From Camelus ferus (taxonomy: Eukaryota), in NCBI RefSeq assembly GCF_009834535.1, contig NC_045707.1, positions 60,142,001-60,206,000 on the forward strand: DNA of 64,000 nt. The letters run 5' to 3'. The translations under genes and the position numbers were made by a program. This document shows positions 39,180 through 51,893 of this stretch, piece after piece. Below the pieces are notes generated by a model. That model worked only from the letters and a program-made list of their open reading frames with translations. It was not told the origin of the DNA and did not search any database. The stretch's first letter is position 1. Each line of letters starts with the position of its first letter.

Positions 39180-40285
39180 AAAATTTACAAGATGATACTT
39201 TACTTTTAATAGCTGGCTATGATATATAACAATTTTTAGCCAATAATTTTTAGGTAAAATACTATATAATTCAAGATTTAAAAATCAAAAGGTACAATAG
39301 TCAATAATGATATAAAAATCACAAACTTTAACAGATTGCCTAGTATGGTTCCAAGTGCACACACATACACACACCAAAAACTGATTGAAATAGGATAAAG
39401 AGCTAAAAATACAATTTTTGTGGGAGACTTTAAAATATCTCTTCCTGCCTTTGACATATTTAAAAAGATATGAAATAACATAGAAAATGAATAATACAAT
39501 TAATTAAATTGAACAGTTATATGGTTAGCTACGTAAAAATCTTTATTTTTATCTTTATTTTCAAGTACCAAGGAAATATTTATAAAAAATGTTCATATTC
39601 TTGTTTTGGTCACGAAATATAGTCTAAATAGTCAAAATACAGTTTAAATGGCAAAAGTCAGAATGCAAAATAAGTAACAAGGCAACAACAAAAACAAAAA
39701 AACAGAAAGCATGAAACATAGCAGGCATAACCCTATATAAAAAGTGATTTAAACTTCTGTACCAAACAATATTCAAGTTTTTCTCCAGTCCATAACCAGC
39801 AGGTAACAGATCCTTTTTCCTTTCAATGATAATCTTTTCACTTACTTTTAAAATCTTTTGTGACATAAACTGTGTTTTAATTAATTTTATTTTTAGCTCC
39901 TTGAAAGGTATATATCACATTTTAATTCTAACAGTTGTCAACTTAAAGATATACAACGATGCTAACTAAAGGGAACCAATATATGCTAACAAAAGACACT
40001 CAAAACAGAAAAACATAGAAAGCTTACAAGTGAAAGTATGGGAATAACAAATAAGAAAAACCAAGAACAACAAGAACAATAAAAACAGAACAAACCAATG
40101 GAAAGCAGAATTAAAAAAATAAAGCTAAAAGCGGAAGTTCATGTCTCAGAATACAGCAAAGCTATGGAATAAAAAAGTAAGTCTAAAAGTTGATTCTTGG
40201 CTCAAAGTAATGAAATAAATAAATCTCTGTCAAATATAAATTTTGAAAGGGGAAACAAATCAACAATGAGAAATCAAAGGGAGCT
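39180..40285 (+). mobile_element. Ancient L1M ORF2 (endonuclease-region) remnant
   Basis: atttttgtgggagactttaaaatatctctt = IFVGDFKISL (L1 EN IIVGDFNTPL motif); ...caaatcaacaatgagaaatcaaaggga resembles QINKIRNEKG. Confidence 0.65.
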
Positions 40286-40289
40286 AGAA

Positions 40290-41950
40290 GGCCCCAAAGA
40301 CCGGGTTGTGGAAAGGCAGAGGGACGAGCAGACCTGATGCTGAAACAGTGGCTGATTTTGGATCCTCTTCTGATCTCAAAACCAAGAGGCTAGGATTCAG
40401 CAGCCACCAGAGGGACAGGCAGCAAGCACGGCACTGGGAGCCTGGCCAGGAGAGGCTTACAACTGGGAACTCTTCACAAACCTGGGGAGACTCAAAACCT
40501 CAAGGAAGCATGGACCCAAAAGACTACCACCAGCAAAAGAAGGTCCCCTATCCTGAGCTCCGAGCAGGGGTACAACATGACTGCCAAAGAATTAATCATG
40601 ACAGACCAGCCTTCATAGGATTTTGGTGTTTGATGTTTACACAACATGTATAGTTTCAGAAAACCAAAATCAGCAAAACTTAAAGTGGTCCCAGACTGAC
40701 AAAAAGCTGAGCTACAAAAAAGAGAAAAATATTAATCTGGCACGGAGGGATGCCTCCCTCACACAATTCCCACAAATAAAGGCCTCGTAACCATGACTTC
40801 ACAATCCAAACTTACAAAACACACGAGAAAACAAGACTCCCATGAACAAGGGTCAATAGGAACCACAACAGCACAACACACAGCATTAGACTCAAGAAGT
40901 TCAAATATATATCAGAATTATTGGATACAAACTATAAAATAATTATATTCAACTTATCTGGGAAATAAAAGATGGAACTGAAAACAGAACAAAAGATCAT
41001 TTTATTGTCTAACATTATGATGGACAAGACACACTGAATGATCCCCTGATTGAAAGAATGAAAATGCTGGATACAATATAAAGAAAACATTTTTAGCACA
41101 TTATTGAACTGATTAAAAAGCAAAGAATCTGCAGGTCCTCAAAACTCATTGAAAACTGAAATCCTAAAAGGAAAGTGACATCAAAACTGGCTACAGCCCT
41201 GAGGATTACTGCTGCTCCTCTGGAGACATTGAGCTTTGACTTCAATTTCTGCATGATATTCTCAGGGAACAGGAGGTAGAGTCCTAGGACCAAATGAACA
41301 TTTCCAGAACTAGGTAGTTCCATTTGCACATGGTGCGCAGTGAGTTATACTGCTCATATGTAAGCATATTTCATGCTAATTTTCTAAATGAAGAAAACAA
41401 AAGAACAAGATATATAAAAGACCCAGCACACAGGAGTCCTCACAGATCTTGGCTTTAATCTGTGTGGGTTACCCAGCAGATTAAGCAGAGGTGAAATTTA
41501 AAAACTAAAATAATGAGTAGACTGGGAGGCATATCTGATTAATCCATCCAGAATGCAGGACCCACATACATTTAAGAGATAAATTGGGAATTTGAGATTT
41601 GCAGAGACAAACTACTATATATAAAATAGATAAACAACAAGTTTATACTGCATAACACAGGGAACTATATTCAATATCTTGTAGTAACCTATAATGGAAA
41701 AGAATATGAAGATGAATATAAGTGTATGACTGAACTATTATACTGTACACCAGAAACTGACACAACATTGTAAACTGACTATACTTCAATCAAAAAAAAA
41801 AAAAAAAAAAGAAAGAGAGAGAGAGGATGAAAGTCACGGGGAGGAAAAAGCTGAAAGTATACATCACCAAAATTTCAGAAGGAGAAAGTAAAGAGAATTG
41901 GAAAGAAGCAATATTTAATTGTGAAGGACAGTGTTCCATAATTGATGAGG
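40290..41950 (+). mobile_element. Ancient L1M 5'UTR/ORF1 remnants (possibly two elements)
   Basis: L1M 5'-type motifs (aaaatgctggatacaatataaagaaaacatt); 41850-41950 translates KVYITKISEGESKENWKEAIF, like the L1 ORF1 NIRIIGIPEGEE..EAIF motif. Confidence 0.6.
41578..41812 (+). mobile_element. 5'-truncated young L1 3' end with poly(A)
   Basis: gataaattgggaatttgagatttgcag...aactgactatacttcaatc followed by A19. Confidence 0.92.
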
Positions 41951-43334
41951 ATTCTTGTTTCTCTTCCTCATATTCGGAAAGTACCACAAATTATAAAATA
42001 AATGATCTCCATTTCTACTGAGGTTTAATATAGGTGAGTCAGTGCAGCAATATCCAGCATTCCTAATTTCTATCATAAATGTTTTTCTCAAGGTAGCCTG
42101 GTAAGTGTTCGTAACATATGCCAGCACACACATGCCTCCTGCAACACTTGTGATGTGCTTTTTCCACTGCAGAAATCAAGTCAATGTACTTTCTTGTAGT
42201 TAATGAATAATAATACAAATCTATGAATGATGAATAATAATATAAATCTGCAATAGATTCTGTTAAGCAAGCAAGGTAATTTAGGGAGAAAGTGATGTTG
42301 AACAAACATCTTTTTCTTGGTTCCAAATTCTACCTTGTGTGGGAAAGTCTCATGGCCACTGGATCTGTCTTAGAAACCTTTCCAGAAGTGAAAGTACATT
42401 GTTTATTCATTTCTGAGAGAGAAAGAAATACACCTCCACAGTGTTTAGACACAGAATATCTCTGTTCAGCCAAAAATTAGATACAAATGGAACAGAAATA
42501 TTTGAATGGGGACTATTTTGGTAAATGTGGGACATGTGGTCACTATAAATACACTCAGGCTGAAGAATCACTTGGTACCTATATTTTTATGCATTAAGTT
42601 AAAGTATAGGCCTGTTCCATGTTCTCTTTCCATTTAATATACGTAAAATGAAACCCAGGACATTTGCTGAAGTGATTTATCCACCTACCTAGCCTTAGAT
42701 TTATTTTTTAAAAATACATAAAACCAACTTGTTTTCCCTATACTTCCTTTCCTATACTTTCCCCAGATTTGCTGCAATGCAGGACCAAGCTCATTCCTTG
42801 CCAAGACTTTGGTATTGGTTTATGCTAAAATTCTTTCTTCATGACTTGAGTAAAACAATAATTAAAAGTCATTTAAAATAAGCCAACACGTGGAAGTCTT
42901 TCCCTAATCGTATTTTTACCAATTATAACACTTAGGAAGTGCCATTATACCAGGAAAACAACACCCTGCTAACCTCTTTGAAGCATTTTGCTGTATTTCT
43001 AAGATCTTCAACTTTCCCTTTGTTATTGGGTGTGCCAGGAATGATTCTCTTCACATTAGATCATCATGCTTTGGGAGTAAGGATAAGGATGTTGGGCTAA
43101 AACCATCTTGGATCTCTTAAATTTACAAATATAAGTTGATGTGTAAATTCAGGGTAAGTAATACACATGAAAATAATTTACAGTGATGCCAAACTTCCCC
43201 GTAGCCTGCTTATACAACCTCAACAGATAATCTTTTCAATCTCATACAGTCAGTCCAAACGCTGAGGACTGAAATTGTCAAGAAATGCATTAATATTTCA
43301 GGTCTTAATAATAATAATATGAAAAAACCTTGGC

Positions 43335-43655
43335 TGGTGGCTACCTTAACATTTAACCACTATATGTGGTTAGTGGGAATTAAGATGTGCTATAAGTATA
43401 AAATCCACCCTAGACTTTTAAGAATACCAAAAAAAAAAAAAAAAAGAATGTGTATATGTCATTAAAAGGCTTTATATTGATTACATTTTGAAATGATAAA
43501 TACTTTGGACACACTGGATTAAATAAAATATATTTATCATAATTAATTTCACTTGCTTGTTTTTAATGCAGTTAAATTTTTAAATACTAGAAAACTTAAA
43601 AATGATATATGTAATTCATAGCTTTGGCTTTCTGTTTCTTTTGGAGGTTGCTATA
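43335..43655 (-). mobile_element. MER33 hAT-Charlie MITE
   Basis: aattaagatgtgctataagtataaaatccacc...atattgattacattttgaaatgataa...ttaatttcacttgc. Confidence 0.8.
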
Positions 43656-44459
43656 GTGGGTTTTCAAAGACAAAGTTCTTAGTCATTTGTGACTATTCTT
43701 TTTGACTAAAGAGTCTATCAAAAGGGTCAGTCATTTAGGTTACAGCCCCAAAACGCCGATTAAAACTTCTAAGTATTAGGCTAATAGAGTTAGCATATGG
43801 ATCAATATTGGCTTTATCTGGTAAAATTAGTTTTTCAAAGACATGCATAATTGTGGCAATACAATTTCCAGTGACTTTAATGACATCTTGAAACTTTAAA
43901 AAACAATTTTCTTCTGTATACAATTTATCTGGGTTTTTTTTTTTTTTTTGCTTTCAATATATACATTATATGAGGTATGTACTTTTTTGTAGAAAATAAA
44001 TAATTTAATATTTACTTAATATTTCAGTATCTGTACTATACACTTCATCCACTATCTTTCAAGAATTCTAAGTTTTGGTAACACTGAAAAAATTCTTTTA
44101 TTTATAGTTATTAGTGTTATTTTTCAGTGCTGTATTCAGACTCCAATTTGGTTTATAAAGGAAAATACTAAAAGTACTGGGGAGTAGAATAAAATCAATT
44201 TGACTGTTTCTAAGTCATAATAAATTATCTAACTCTTCTGCGCCTGACTATTTGCAATCAATTGTGCTTTTATAGACATAATAATTTTTCTTCATTTCAA
44301 ATCCAGTAGTGTCTTATTTTTATATTTTCTTTATTTTATAATATGTACTTATATTTTACTCTTTTAAGTTTCCTGAAAGAGGCTATATTTCATTTATAAT
44401 TTAGAAAAAAATTTAAAGTAATAAAGGTATATGAGAGCTCAGAGGAAGGAGAGAGTGGA

Positions 44460-44970
44460 GTGGACATTTACAGTTTGTCACTGACTGCTACTTTTCCCCC
44501 AGCTTTTGGGTCCAGTCCTGCTTTTCCTTCAGGAACTCTCCTCCCTGACTCTAAATCTAATGGTTTGGGTGGAGCCGACTGCCATCTTTAGTGTTTATTA
44601 CATCACATCCACTTGGCCACAGGGATGGCCACTAATCAGAGCCAACACAAAGCCAGTCTTAAGACTTTCACTGGGGCAACCAATAAAGAGATGCTGATTT
44701 TTGCTGAGGAAATAGGATATACATCTGGAGCTGTTAGAAGTCATCTTGCATGATAAGGGGAGAGCCCTTCTGAAAATGGAATCAGTAGAGAGAAAAGAAG
44801 AACTAAGTGATAGAAAGAGACTTAACATTTGAGCTCTTGTATTCTGTTGTGTCTGAAAACAGTCCAACTATGGAAAGCTGAGATACATGTGTCAAAAAAT
44901 TACCCTGAATTCCTTAAAACGGTTTAAGTTGTATTTTCTGTCATAGGGCTGATCGTTAGCTAAAACACAC
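44460..44970 (+). mobile_element. MLT1K-like (MaLR) solo LTR
   Basis: cttggccacagggatggcc...tctggagctgttagaagtcatcttg...gtttaagttgtattttctgtca. Confidence 0.7.
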
Positions 44971-45415
44971 CTATATGTCTGTGTCATTGTTTGTGGGGCA
45001 TCCTGGTGAACTGACACCCATTCCAGCAACCATTTTGGTTAGTTGCTGCCCACATCATTCTGATTGCTAAGTATGTAAAATATTGCCATTGCTTTTAATT
45101 GAAAGAATTTAAATAATAATGTAAAATTTGAAAATATGAATATAACAAGAGTAAGGGTAACATTTCAGTTGATAAGATAATGTGGAGGGGCAAGAACCAA
45201 ATCTAGTCACAAAGATATAATTCAACAAACAGGTGCTTTTGCCATCAAGCTATAAAAAGATATCAACCAGTCTTTTCTGTCTCAGCAGGTCATTTGCCCT
45301 CTTGGAGAAATTTTCCTCTTTTATTAAATGGGCATTAAAAATAGCTGCCCTGCCTATCTTATAACACCATGAGTATCAAGTAGGACACTACCTATAAAAA
45401 TTCTATCTGTGTAAT

Positions 45416-45533
45416 GGGGAGGCTATAGCTTAGTGGCGAAGTGCCTGCTTAGCATGCACAAGGTCCTTGGTTCAATCCCAAGTACCTCCATTAATAAACA
45501 AATAAACCTAATTACCTCCCCTCCTAAAAAAAA
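45416..45533 (+). mobile_element. tRNA-Ala-derived SINE, camelid Vic-1-like, inserted in a MIR
   Basis: ggggaggctatagcttagtggcg (A box)...cttagcatgcac...ggttcaatccc (B box), then aataaacctaattacctccc and A-tail; ~19-bp TSD with 2 mismatches (45396-45414 / 45529-45547). Confidence 0.88.
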
Positions 45534-47634
45534 TACTTTCTGTGTAAACCATTCTATGTGAGTAAATAATAATAATAAAATCAAGTGAATGCTTCACAGA
45601 TGTCAAGTATTATTACTCCATTTAATCCTTATTCCCTGTGTTGAAAGTAGTGTCAACTCAGTCTCTATGATACAAAAAAAGGTACTTCATCATTATAGAT
45701 AAGAGTATTTCAATGCTTATTATCCTTAAAATTATTTCTACTGTATTTTCCTTTGTGCATTTCTTACTCTCCTGTCACTGCTCTCTATAACACCAATCAT
45801 AAACATATAAATGTACTTCTACCACTATCCCTTTTTTAAAAACATTCAAATGTTCAGAGCCACAGTATATTTTAATATTATTTGTTACCTTAAACAAGGA
45901 GATTTCCTTTTTTATGCTTTAATTTTTATAATTACCAGGTTACTCTTCTAGCAAAAGGAATACTTGTATTTCTCCTATTTAAGATTATATATATATATAT
46001 ACATACAATAGATATTTCAAATTTTCTATGGAAATGAGTCACATCATATATATACAAAGGTTTGTGATCTCAATAGCCAGAAATAATGTCTAACAACGTT
46101 GAAATTTTTTAATTAAAGTGATATTTCGTGGGGTATCTATTTTACAAAAAGTTTTTCACACTTGAAACATCCTTCCTTATTATTAAGTGTTACTACAAAG
46201 GAGTCCCTAAATCCTATCTTAATGTAGCATTGATCATCATCACTATTTATACTTTATGATCCCAGAGCATATTCCATTTTAGAAAATGCACTAGGTTTCA
46301 TACCAAAGGGTCAGTCATATTAGGCTTTAAAATTTTGTCCACCAGAGCTCAACAGGTGACATAAAAATATGAAGGGGGCCAAATATAAGACAAGAGGCAT
46401 TAAGGTCTGCATTTTGACCAGTCATTACATTTAACCAAACAAAGCGGGTCTCCAAGCAGTTTTGTGTTCAAAAACTGCCATTTTGAGACTCTGATAATCC
46501 TTGTTAACTGGGTACTTACCCCATAAAAATTGTATGAGCATAAAGAGACCAGTAATTCTTTTATCTACCTTACCCAGGAAGCAAATTATTATTACCTTTG
46601 CTTCACTTGGCAATAAAATGAGATCAGATCTGAGTATCAGTAACTTTATGTGGTGCTTCCTTTCAAATAAGAAGCATAAGTATAGTGTCAGTAAAATCTG
46701 CTAATAGAGAAGGTTCTGGTGAAACAGTTCTACAGTTCTGCAAGTTTAGATTTTTCAATCATATTTGAATGTTATGTGGCCACCATGCCCTTCAAATGTA
46801 ATGTTTTATTATTTTTAATCCAAGTTACATTTGTCTATTTGGATTTTATCGGAAAGAATTCTACTATTGCAGCAAAATGTAGTTATACTCTAATCCAGAA
46901 ACCATTAATGACAATTTTAGTGGGCTCCTAGGGACAGCCAGGGTAAGCTGATACTTTTCTTATTCTATGTTTATTTTGATTCATTTTCCTGAACAACCCA
47001 GTCAAATAAGTGACTTGTCAATTCTACTTCAGATTGACTACGTCTCTCAGGAAGTCATCATTTGGTAACAACTGCTGGCCAACTGTGTGAAATGCTCTCG
47101 CATAGACTAGTGTTTGTTTAATGAAAGCTTCCTTAGGCAAATTGATCTTGAACTCTTTCCAAATTTTGAAGCATCATCAACATTATCCTTTAAAAGTGAC
47201 TAGGTCAGATACATAATCTATTTAGAATATAGGCATAAAAAAGACTATATAAGGAAGAACTTGGATGAGCCACCAATTGTCTGTTTAATCTTTCTAAGCT
47301 TCAGTTTCCTCATTGTTTAGTTAGGGAGAATAATACTGCATCTCTCACAGTATAAGAACTAAATGCAGGCATTCAATGGAACTGCAGCTATGCAAGTGGT
47401 ACTGACGGGAATTAGCAGTCCTATAGGGATTCTGGTATTCCTAACTCTTCATTCCATTTCTTAAAGTATTCTCAGGAAAATGGCAATTTTTTAAAGAACC
47501 TAGAATATGGTGAAAGTAAATTTACCAGCCAATCAATTAATAAATATAGATACAGGTATTAAAAATTAAAATAAAAATTTTTTTCCACATATAAGTATAT
47601 AATATTCCATTCCATATATATAGTTCATATATCC

Positions 47635-48108
47635 CATATACATAATGGAATATTATGCAGCCAGAAAAAGAATAAAATTTTGCTATTTGTGATGACATGA
47701 TAGACCTGGAGGTTATTATGCTAAGTGAAATAAGTCAGACAGGGAAAAAACAAATACCATACGATTTCACTTATATGTGAAATCTGAAAAACAAATGAAC
47801 AACATGACAAAACAGAAACAGATTTATAGATACAGAAAACAAACTGGTGATTGCCAGAAGGGAGGAGAATGAAATAGGTGAGGGAGTGTAAGAGGTACAA
47901 ACTTCCAGTTATAAAATAAATATGTCTCGGGGATGTAATGTGCAGCATGGGAAATACAGTTAGTAATCTTGTAATAACTTTACATGGGGCCTAATGGTAA
48001 CTAGATTTATCATGGTTATCATTTTGCAATGTAGAAAAATGCCAAATCACTATGTTATACACCTGAATCTAGTAAAATGTTGTAAGTCAATTATACTTCA
48101 ATAAAAAA
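47635..48108 (+). mobile_element. L1 3' end (L1MA9-like, older than the camelid-type L1s)
   Basis: atgctaagtgaaataagtcagacag...aggtacaaacttccagttataaaataaat...gtcaattatacttcaataaaaaa. Confidence 0.9.
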
Positions 48109-49300
48109 GTTAGTTGCACTTTGACATCCCTATAAATACTATCCTTAAATGTAGTCTAAAAGTTAGAATTGCTCTGTCATTTGCAGTGTAGATTTGGCAA
48201 CTCATATAGTTTATTTGTGCCTTGGTTTCCTCACGTGTCAGTTGACAGAGCTTAATAAGATGGTCCCTTTCACCTCTAAAATGAACACAATTCTATCATA
48301 CTGTTGATGAGTGACATTAACTAGGCATGGATGACACTACTAAATCATCACAGTATTTGATTTCAACTGAGCCTTCAATGATACTCGAAAATTCTTGTAT
48401 GCACCCCTTAGTACATTCTTTACAGTAATTTTCCCAAAGCCTCACCAGTATCCTCAAGTCCTCATCCCATCCTGCCATCCACATTGGGCAGATATGGACC
48501 CAAACTAATGAATTCTTCAAGTAGACCCTGACCAGCTACTAGCAACTGGCTTGTAAGGCACAAGCATAGTGAGGATACCTCTCAGGATAGGCTTGGTGCT
48601 CTGTTTAATGCTGAAGAGCCACCACATGGACACTGATGATGAAAATCACCATTTGGAGTGCAATGCTTTTTCCACATTTTGATTCATCTGTCATTTTTCT
48701 CATACGCATCTGTTTGAAGACCAAGTGTTAGAAATATACATGTCACCAGAAAAAAGAAGTTGATAGCGTATCCATTATGTTAATTAAATTCTACCTCCTT
48801 ATTTTTGTTCTAAGAAATTGCTAAATAATCTAAGTGCTAAAATTAAATGGTTGGTCCTGAGAATAGGGCCATTTCACAGTAACAGTGGAATAGAGAGAAT
48901 ACGTTAAAATTAGAATAAGCTTAAGAAAGAAATATACACTCTGACCAAGGTGGGAAAATTAGCTGAAATATCTGCCAAGGGAAAGTGGAAAGTTCTAAGA
49001 TACCAGATGTCTCTGTGGGTTCCAAATTTGGAATTCTTTGTCGCCTTTTAAATCTTCCTTCAGAAGAATCAAGGCTTACAATGCATGTGGTTTGGCATAT
49101 GGGCTGTTATTTTGCATTTCTAGACTCTGAGTCTGCCTTTCAATCAGTATCTGAGCTATTTTGTTAAGTTCTATGATATCCTAGGGTATCTGACTCTCAA
49201 GAATATGAAGTAAAGAAATAATGACTTGTTCTTTCCTCCCTTCATTTCATTATAAAGATCTGCAGACAAGATTTAGGGCCCAAGGAAGTATACGGCTATA

Positions 49301-49762
49301 TTTTTTTATTATTATTAAAGTATAGTCAGTTTACAATGTTATGTCAATTTCTAGTGTACAGGATAATGCTTCAGTCATACATATACATACATATATTGGT
49401 TTTCATATTCTTTTTCACCATAGGTTACGACTAGATACTGAATATAGTTCCCTATGCTATACAAAAGAAACTTGTTGTTTATTTATTTTATGTATAGTAG
49501 TTAGTATCTGCAGATCTCTAACTCACAGTTTATCCCTTCCCACCCCCTTTCCCCCCTGGTAACCATAAGTTTGTTTTCTATGTTTGTGATTCCGTTTATG
49601 TTTTGTAAATAAGTTTATTATTGTCTTTTATTTTTTTTAAGATTCCACATATGAGTGATATTATATGGTATTTTTCTTTCTCTTTCTGGCTTACTTCACT
49701 TAGAATGACAATCTCCAGGTCCATCTGTGTTGCTGCAAATGGCATCATTTTATTATTTTTTA
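49301..49762 (-). mobile_element. Young L1 3' end
   Basis: T-rich tail then aagtatagtcagtttacaatg...; ORF2 C-terminal remnant MPFAATQMDLEIVILSEVSQKEK on the minus strand. Confidence 0.93.
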
Positions 49763-49980
49763 CCTTTCTTTTCTTTTTGGAAGTCCTTTTGAACATTTTT
49801 TTTTGCGGAGGAAAGTGCCTTAATTTTTTGAATATTAAATTATCATAGAAGGCAATCTGGCATCTTCGTCTCTAGTAATAGTTCACTCTTCAACACCAGT
49901 CCTTCCCTGAACCTCCCCACTGAGAACCAACCCTGACACCTGTACGTGATTTCATGTGATCAAGACAGTAGGAAAACGTA

Positions 49981-50245
49981 ACAGGTTTATACTGTATAGC
50001 ACAGGGAACTATATTCAATATCTAGTAGCAACTTATGGTGAAAAAGAATATGAAAACAAATATATGTATGTTCATGTATGACTAAAACATTACACTGTAC
50101 ATCAGAAATTGATACATTATAAACTGACTATACTTCAATGAAAAAATATACATACAAAAAAAAAAAAAGAGGAAAAGTATCAGCATTCCTTCCTATGCCT
50201 TAAATGCTGCTTCTTTAAATAAAAGAAGATAACTCAAAAAAAAAA
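49981..50245 (+). mobile_element. Young L1 3' end with 3'-transduced tag and second poly(A)
   Basis: L1 3'UTR, poly(A) 50156-50168, 67-bp unique tag with AATAAA, second poly(A); TSD 49962-49980 / 50246-50264 (16/19). Confidence 0.85.
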
Positions 50246-51389
50246 AAGACAGTGGGACAATGTAGTAATATGAAAATTAATTATTCATTTAGCAATGATA
50301 GTTAAATTAAAAATGAATAAATGATAGAAGAAAGAACAATTAAAATCCAAATGGGAAAGACCTCTAATATAAAAAAGGTAAAAGAAACACCCATTTCAAA
50401 ACTAAGACATCAATTTTCATTTATATCTCATTTTTCTTCATCTTGGGATTGCAGGAATATTCAGCATTGTTCACTAGATGGAATATATTATGTTGGTGGC
50501 AAATTACTGATTTGTAAACATCACATAGCATCCTTGAACATAAATAACTTATTTGCATTTTCAACTGTTTACAAATCAATTGCTAAAATAAAATAAAGTC
50601 TAAATGGATAGAATCATATCTTCCAACTTATCAATACTATATGAATTATGTGAAAAATCTAAAAAATATCCCTTTCTTTTATCCATAAGAAAGCTGTTAC
50701 ACAAAACTGAGGTTAGAACTATTTTTTATCAACATGCTAAAATACTGTTTTTAAAATAGTGACAAACCTCTTTGGAAAATGACTTCTATAATGAAAAATC
50801 AATTCTGGCAGGATCATTATACATACAAGTTAAACATTCATGGGAAAATGGGAAAGGTGAAGCAGCCTGCAGAGTGTTTAAAAGTAGAAACAGAAGAACA
50901 TAAATGTCCTACATCATAAACTATACCCTGGCAGAGGCTCACGGGTCCTGAAATTAAGAGAAGATAACCAAAAGTTACCATATGAACAGACTTTCCTTCC
51001 CTTTTATTTTGTACCCAAATAGAAGCAGCCACAGGGAAGGAAAATGTTTTTTTTTTTTAAAGATAAAAGCGTATTTTGAAGCTGGAGCCTCTTAGGTTTA
51101 AAAAGTGAGCTAAGAAAGCACGTAAAAGTAAAGTTGTGAATTACATGCGATAAGCTATAGAACAGTGAGTTAAAATCGCCTTTCTCTCTGAATCAGTAAT
51201 GAGGAGGTTTTCTGACTGGAAGGCAATTACCCAGGAGAACAGCCAGAAGACTCCTACTGCTGAGTCCTGTGAGACGGAGCGAAATGTCATGGAAGTCGCA
51301 GCTTGGGAAACTGGCAAAACTTAGTTATTCAACAGCCCTTCCCCTTTCCTCCTTGCCAAAGGAATCAGTCATCATGTTGGGGTAGGTAT

Positions 51390-51893
51390 GTGCTCAACGC
51401 CAGGAGATGACTCTGGTTTGTCTAATACAGTCATAGCAATCCTAGTATCCTTCACTAGTTAACCATTTGGCCAATATTCTGTGCAGCTGTGGGGAGGAGG
51501 GGAGGAATGAGGGACCATGTGATCCAGTTCTTGCCCTGGAGTCACAAAGGAAAGCCTAATAAAGAGCCTCCAGAGAGATCCGGCTTCCCGACACAAGGGA
51601 AGTTCTTTACCTCCAGCCCATTCTACGAACCAAAGATGATGTCACAAGGTCATAATGCTTCCTTATTCGCCATCTTGTAGCTTAAGGACCAGAACACCAA
51701 CAAGCAGAGGATGGCAGAGAAGAAAGATAGAAAACCCCTAGTTTCTTGATATGAACGTTAGGCTTCTTTACCAAATCTAGAACCACCGACTCCTAGACAT
51801 CTCACTCTTTTGGAAAATTAAAGGCCTTTTTTTTTTTGGAGTCTCTGTTAGTTGAGAATAATGTAACTTGCATCTGAATGATGCTAACTGATA
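51390..51893 (+). mobile_element. Old MLT1-family (MaLR) LTR
   Basis: ccatgtgatccagttcttgcc...gccatcttg...gaggatggcagagaagaaagatagaaaacc...gtaacttgcatctgaatgatgctaactgataga. Confidence 0.75.

Noticed and set aside
42203..42249. 20-bp direct repeat atgaataataata(c/t)aaatct, period 27
   Set aside because: Two-copy AT-rich tandem duplication with no further structure.
45416..45490. tRNA-Ala(AGC) gene
   Set aside because: It has a SINE tail, A-run and TSD, mismatched stems, and a second diverged copy at 52790-52924.
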